28,325 nucleotides of DNA from Isosphaeraceae bacterium (GTDB lineage: Bacteria > Planctomycetota > Planctomycetia > Isosphaerales > Isosphaeraceae), in the NCBI GenBank assembly GCA_039936275.1, contig JBDTIR010000783.1, positions 1 through 28,325 of the forward strand, read 5' to 3'. The translations under genes were made by a program, and so were the position numbers. The notes under the pieces were generated by a model that saw only the letters and a list, made by a program, of their open reading frames with translations, was not told the DNA's origin and did not search any database. The stretch's first letter is position 1. Each line of letters begins with the position of its first letter. Of the stretch, positions 27,148-28,325 are shown one piece after another.

Positions 27148-28325
27148 ATGACGGCAGCGAGGGTGGACGGCTGGTCCCTGGAAGTCGTGCGAGGCAAAGA
27201 CCTCGGGCGCGTCTATGCCTTGAACGGCGAGGCGGTCGTGCTCGGCAACGATCCAGGGCCAGGGCCCGGCATCAACCTGGCCGACCAAGAAGGGAATTCT
27301 CCCAGGCGGATGGCGGCGAACCAGGCCAGGCTCGACTGCCTCGACGGTGCCTTGGTCGTTCGCGACCTCGACAGCCCTGGCGGCACGTTTATCAACCGTC
27401 AACGCTTGCTCCCGGACCAAGCTCGCCCTTTGAGCGCCGGGGACGTCATCCAGCTTGGCGGCGTGCAACTGCGGCTCGTCGCCGCTTCGAAATCGCCCCC
27501 TATGTCCGCGCCGCCTTTGCGCCCGCCAACCGTGTCCGCATCGGGTCCGATCAACCTTCGCTTACCTTCGGGCACAACCTGCCGATCCTGGGACGACGTC
27601 CTCGCCATCTCGGCGCAGCGCTGGAATGAGCTGCGCGACGACTTGACCACGGGCCGCCTGGCGGCGTCCTTGATCGCGATCGGCCAAGGGGCCTTGGCCC
27701 CGTCTCCAGAGACGCCGGGCTCACCCGACGAACGGCTCGACGCCTGGATCGCCTCCTTACCGACGACCAGGGCGAGCACGCCTGATCTGGACCTGCACCC
27801 GGCAACCCTGACCGTCAGAGCCACGCCAGGCGGAGCAACGACCAGGCGCAAGGTCCGCGTCGCCAACGTCGGCTATCGCCTGCTCCGAGCCACCGCTCGG
27901 ATTGAGCCGGACGGAACCCCCTGGCTCACCATCGCGCCTGGATTCGCCGGCAAACCGTTCGTGACGGCCGAAGGAATCGACCTGCCGATCGACGTCACCA
28001 GCCCAGAATCCTTCACGGGACCACTCTCGGCCGCCCTGGTCGTCGAAAGCAACGGCGGCACGCGCCGGGTCAAGGTCGTGCTGGAACCCCCTGCCCCGAC
28101 CGGAGAGCCGTTCGAGACCGAGCCGCCAACGAGTCGAGAATCGGACCTCAACGCCCGCTTGGCCCGTCTCTCGGTTCCGACCCGCTTGATCACCGCGAGC
28201 CTGATCGCGGCGGGGCTCCGCCTGGTGATCGCCCTTGTCGCTGGATCGTCGGCCTTGAGCCTTACCCCGATCAGTGTGGTGCTTGCCCTGGTCGGCCTGT
28301 TGGCAGGCGCTCTCGTGGCCTGGCG
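27148..28325 (+). CDS. 3'-truncated protein: degenerate FHA, helical domain, BACON/Ig-like domain, TM helices
   Basis: Open from ATG 27148 (SD AAGAGGAG) to the window end with no stop; hand-translated, absent from the ORF track. FHA: VRDLDSPGGTFIN...LSAGDVIQLG. Ig-like: VRVANVG...PWL...VESNGGTRRV. Hydrophobic helices begin at ~28190. Confidence 0.82.
   Translation, partial: MTAARVDGWSLEVVRGKDLGRVYALNGEAVVLGNDPGPGPGINLADQEGNSPRRMAANQARLDCLDGALVVRDLDSPGGTFINRQRLLPDQARPLSAGDVIQLGGVQLRLVAASKSPPMSAPPLRPPTVSASGPINLRLPSGTTCRSWDDVLAISAQRWNELRDDLTTGRLAASLIAIGQGALAPSPETPGSPDERLDAWIASLPTTRASTPDLDLHPATLTVRATPGGATTRRKVRVANVGYRLLRATARIEPDGTPWLTIAPGFAGKPFVTAEGIDLPIDVTSPESFTGPLSAALVVESNGGTRRVKVVLEPPAPTGEPFETEPPTSRESDLNARLARLSVPTRLITASLIAAGLRLVIALVAGSSALSLTPISVVLALVGLLAGALVAW

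Noticed and set aside
293-28193. Many overlapping or antisense ORFs in the track (e.g. 293-832, 3493-4194, 8983-9855, 13634-14623, 18695-19531, 23986-24852, 26266-27468)
   Set aside because: They are shadows of well-supported genes in GC-rich DNA: Arg/Pro/Gly-rich or antisense, with no motifs or SD sites.
1-28325. tRNA, rRNA, CRISPR arrays, integrase or transposase genes
   Set aside because: No cloverleaf, regularly spaced repeat-spacer pattern or recombinase motif was seen by eye; a covariance-model scan would be needed to exclude small ncRNAs.

Overview
GC-rich bacterial DNA, inferred to be Planctomycetota, probably Isosphaeraceae (two DUF1559 prepilin-like genes, a Uma2 nuclease, a WD40 protein and planctomycete-type small proteins). 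No tRNA, rRNA, CRISPR array or transposase was seen. There are four blocks. (1) 1-2.6 kb: the 3' end of an FG-GAP repeat protein, a perfect 16-bp hairpin, a PLP aminotransferase and a hypothetical protein. (2) 2.9-11.3 kb, all minus strand: DUF1559, a PepSY-like lipoprotein, a histidine kinase and an NtrC-type sigma54 activator. A near-consensus sigma54 promoter follows, then a 7-blade WD40 protein, small ORFs, an orphan PhoU and an HPF/RaiA-like protein. (3) 11.5-18.1 kb, plus strand: a second DUF1559, then a six-gene operon resembling a membrane-bound nitrate-reductase-like complex. It encodes a NarI-like membrane subunit (frameshifted in a C6 run), a NasA/NapA-type molybdoenzyme, a 4x[4Fe-4S] protein, a Tat-like Rieske protein, a DUF6755-like 2-TM protein and an HPP-family transporter. 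(4) 18.4-28.3 kb, plus strand, the best candidate for an undescribed system: two atypical lidless Hsp70s (the second fused to a MIDAS-intact VWA domain) and two membrane proteins whose FHA domains have both lost the phosphothreonine-binding residues. Between the Hsp70s lies a block with a Uma2 nuclease, a HEAT protein frameshifted by a CCAT duplication, and two antitoxins plus VapC. Family calls come from motif recognition only; no searches were run.
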